From an uncultured Clostridia bacterium (lineage in GTDB: Bacteria > Bacillota > Clostridia > TANB77 > CAG-508): DNA of 64,000 nt. Each line of letters starts with the position of its first letter. Positions within the stretch are counted from its first letter, which is position 1. The notes under the pieces were generated by a model, which made no database searches, was not told the origin of the DNA, and saw nothing but the letters and a program-made list of their open reading frames with translations. Both the position numbers and the translations under genes were made by a program. Positions 62,456 through 64,000 of the stretch are shown here, piece by piece. The DNA lies in contig CANQTX010000002.1 in assembly GCA_947626885.1 (NCBI GenBank), positions 44,531 to 108,530 on the forward strand, written 5' to 3'.

Positions 62456-64000
62456 CTATTTACTACTTCTTGTTGCTCTTTCTCTATCTTTATTATTAAG
62501 AATTTTCTTTCTTAATCTAATATTTTTTGGTGTTACTTCAACCAGTTCATCATCTTGAATAAATTCAATGGCTTTTTCTAATGACATTTGAATTGGTGGT
62601 ACTAAGCGTAATGCTTCATCAGATCCAGAAGCTCTTGTATTAGTTAAATGTTTTTCTTTACATACATTAATAGCTAAATCTTCTCCTCTGGCATTTAATC
62701 CAACTATCATTCCCTCATAAACTTCAACACCTGGACCAATAAATAACTCTCCTTTATCTTGTGCATTATATAGGCCATATGTAATAGATTTTCCATTTTC
62801 AAATGCAACAATAGTTCCTCTTACTCTAGCTTGAATATCACCTTTGTATGGTTCATAAGAATCAAAAATGTGATTCATGGTACCTTCTCCTTTTGTATCT
62901 GTTAAGAATTCTGTTCGATACCCAATAATTCCTCTTGCTGGTATTTTAAATTCTATTTTAGTATGTCCCTCTTCTGCAGGCTCCATATTTATCATTTCAG
63001 CTTTTCTTCTACCCAATTTTTCTATAACATTTCCTACGCAATCATCTGGAACATTAACTACTAATCTTTCTATTGGTTCACATTTAACACCATCTATTTC
63101 TTTAAAAATAACTTTTGGTCTCGATACTAATAATTCAAACCCTTCTCTTCTCATTGTTTCAATTAAAACAGATAAATGTAATTCTCCCCTTCCTGACACT
63201 TCAAATGCATCTGGAGATTCTGTTTCTTTTACTCGTAAGCTCACATTTTTTTCTAATTCTTTAAATAATCTATCACGTATGTGTCTAGATGTAATAAATT
63301 GTCCCTCACGACCTGCAAAAGGTCCATTATTAACACTAAATGTCATAGAAACAGTAGGCTCATCAATATCAACAAATGGGATTTTTTCTGGATGATTGTA
63401 GTCACAGATAGTATCGCCAATATTAATATCATTGACACCTGATAACGCTACAATATCTCCTGCATCCGCATGTTCTACCTCTATTCGTTTTAATCCATCA
63501 TAAACATATAATTTGGCAACTCTTGCATTTACAATTTTGTCTTCACTTTTACAAATAGCAACTGGCATGCCTAAATCAATAGCACCTCTTTCCACTCTAC
63601 CAATAGATATTCTTCCAATGTAATCATCATAATCAATATTAGAAACTAACATTTGCATCGTGCCATCCATATCACAATTTGGTGCTTCTATATGATGAAT
63701 AATTGTTTCGAATAAGCATTTTAAATCTTCTCCTGGTACATTTAAATCTAAAGTAGCTGTTCCTTTTTTTGCTGAAGCATATACTACTGGGAATTCTAAT
63801 TGTTCATCATTAGCACCTAAGTCAATGAATAATTCTAATACATCATCCACTACCTTTAACGGTTGTGCACCAGGTCTATCTATTTTGTTAATAACAACAA
63901 TTGGTTTTAAATTTAATGCAAGAGATTTCTTTAATACCTCTCTTGTTTGAGGCATAGCCCCCTCAAAAGCATCTACTAATAATACAACACCGTCTACCAT
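62456..64000 (-). CDS. typA: translational GTPase TypA/BipA, C-terminal 514 aa (N-terminus beyond window end)
   Basis: ORF open to window edge; EF-G-like domains, begins inside the GTPase domain (VDGVVLLVDAFEGAMPQTR). Confidence 0.9.
   Translation of the reverse strand: MVDGVVLLVDAFEGAMPQTREVLKKSLALNLKPIVVINKIDRPGAQPLKVVDDVLELFIDLGANDEQLEFPVVYASAKKGTATLDLNVPGEDLKCLFETIIHHIEAPNCDMDGTMQMLVSNIDYDDYIGRISIGRVERGAIDLGMPVAICKSEDKIVNARVAKLYVYDGLKRIEVEHADAGDIVALSGVNDINIGDTICDYNHPEKIPFVDIDEPTVSMTFSVNNGPFAGREGQFITSRHIRDRLFKELEKNVSLRVKETESPDAFEVSGRGELHLSVLIETMRREGFELLVSRPKVIFKEIDGVKCEPIERLVVNVPDDCVGNVIEKLGRRKAEMINMEPAEEGHTKIEFKIPARGIIGYRTEFLTDTKGEGTMNHIFDSYEPYKGDIQARVRGTIVAFENGKSITYGLYNAQDKGELFIGPGVEVYEGMIVGLNARGEDLAINVCKEKHLTNTRASGSDEALRLVPPIQMSLEKAIEFIQDDELVEVTPKNIRLRKKILNNKDRERATRSSK

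Noticed and set aside
1-64000. CRISPR arrays, transposases, integrases and phage genes, including near tRNA-Gln
   Set aside because: There are no regularly spaced direct repeats and no recognisable IS, integrase or phage proteins. The tRNA-adjacent locus shows only a duplicated gene fragment.

Overview
This 64-kb window is very AT-rich chromosomal DNA from a spore-forming low-GC Firmicute, probably a Clostridia-like genome. About 90% of the genes lie on the minus strand.

Recognisable core genes, all on the minus strand from low to high coordinates:
- hisS (partial), an MBL-fold hydrolase, relA, recJ.
- A GH57 branching enzyme / DUF4912 / GT4 glycosyltransferase alpha-glucan module.
- gpr, yebC, an M29 aminopeptidase, galE, argS, recG, ytfJ, scpA, recX, recA, spoVS.
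- A YmdB-like phosphoesterase, guaA, guaB.
- A dapL / VanX-like dipeptidase / dapF operon.
- tRNA-Gln(CUG).
- A complete spoIIIAA-AH operon.
- A gap-pgk-(deoD + membrane protein)-tpiA-gpmI glycolytic cluster.
- typA (partial).

Observations that stand out:
1. A co-directional five-gene envelope-modification-like cluster at 9.8-15.2 kb: a TraX-like protein, a small hypothetical protein, an SxtJ-like membrane protein, a NodU/CmcH carbamoyltransferase and a membrane-anchored SGNH hydrolase. The conserved N-terminus of the carbamoyltransferase is encoded upstream of any canonical start codon, so an AUU start is likely.
2. A compositionally foreign orphan gene at 29.4-30.5 kb on the plus strand. 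It has G/C-ending codons, a near-consensus sigma-A promoter and an unusually GC-rich terminator hairpin, and it sits between recG and ytfJ.
3. A phased array of Spo0A-box-like TGTCGAA heptamers upstream of spoVS.
4. An unknown 556-aa gene plus a decayed duplicate of its own 3' end, located beside tRNA-Gln.
5. A DUF600/YezG-like immunity-type gene sitting where eno is expected, at the end of the glycolytic operon.
6. A 620-bp structured intergenic region with a perfect 14-bp palindrome, upstream of the diaminopimelate (DAP) operon.
7. Four apparent frameshifts: a tandem paralogue, spoIIIAH, a small ORF after spoVS, and a membrane protein in the glycolytic cluster. At least two fall in homopolymer runs (the small ORF after spoVS and the tandem paralogue), so they may be assembly artefacts.

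No CRISPR array, transposase, integrase or prophage gene was seen.
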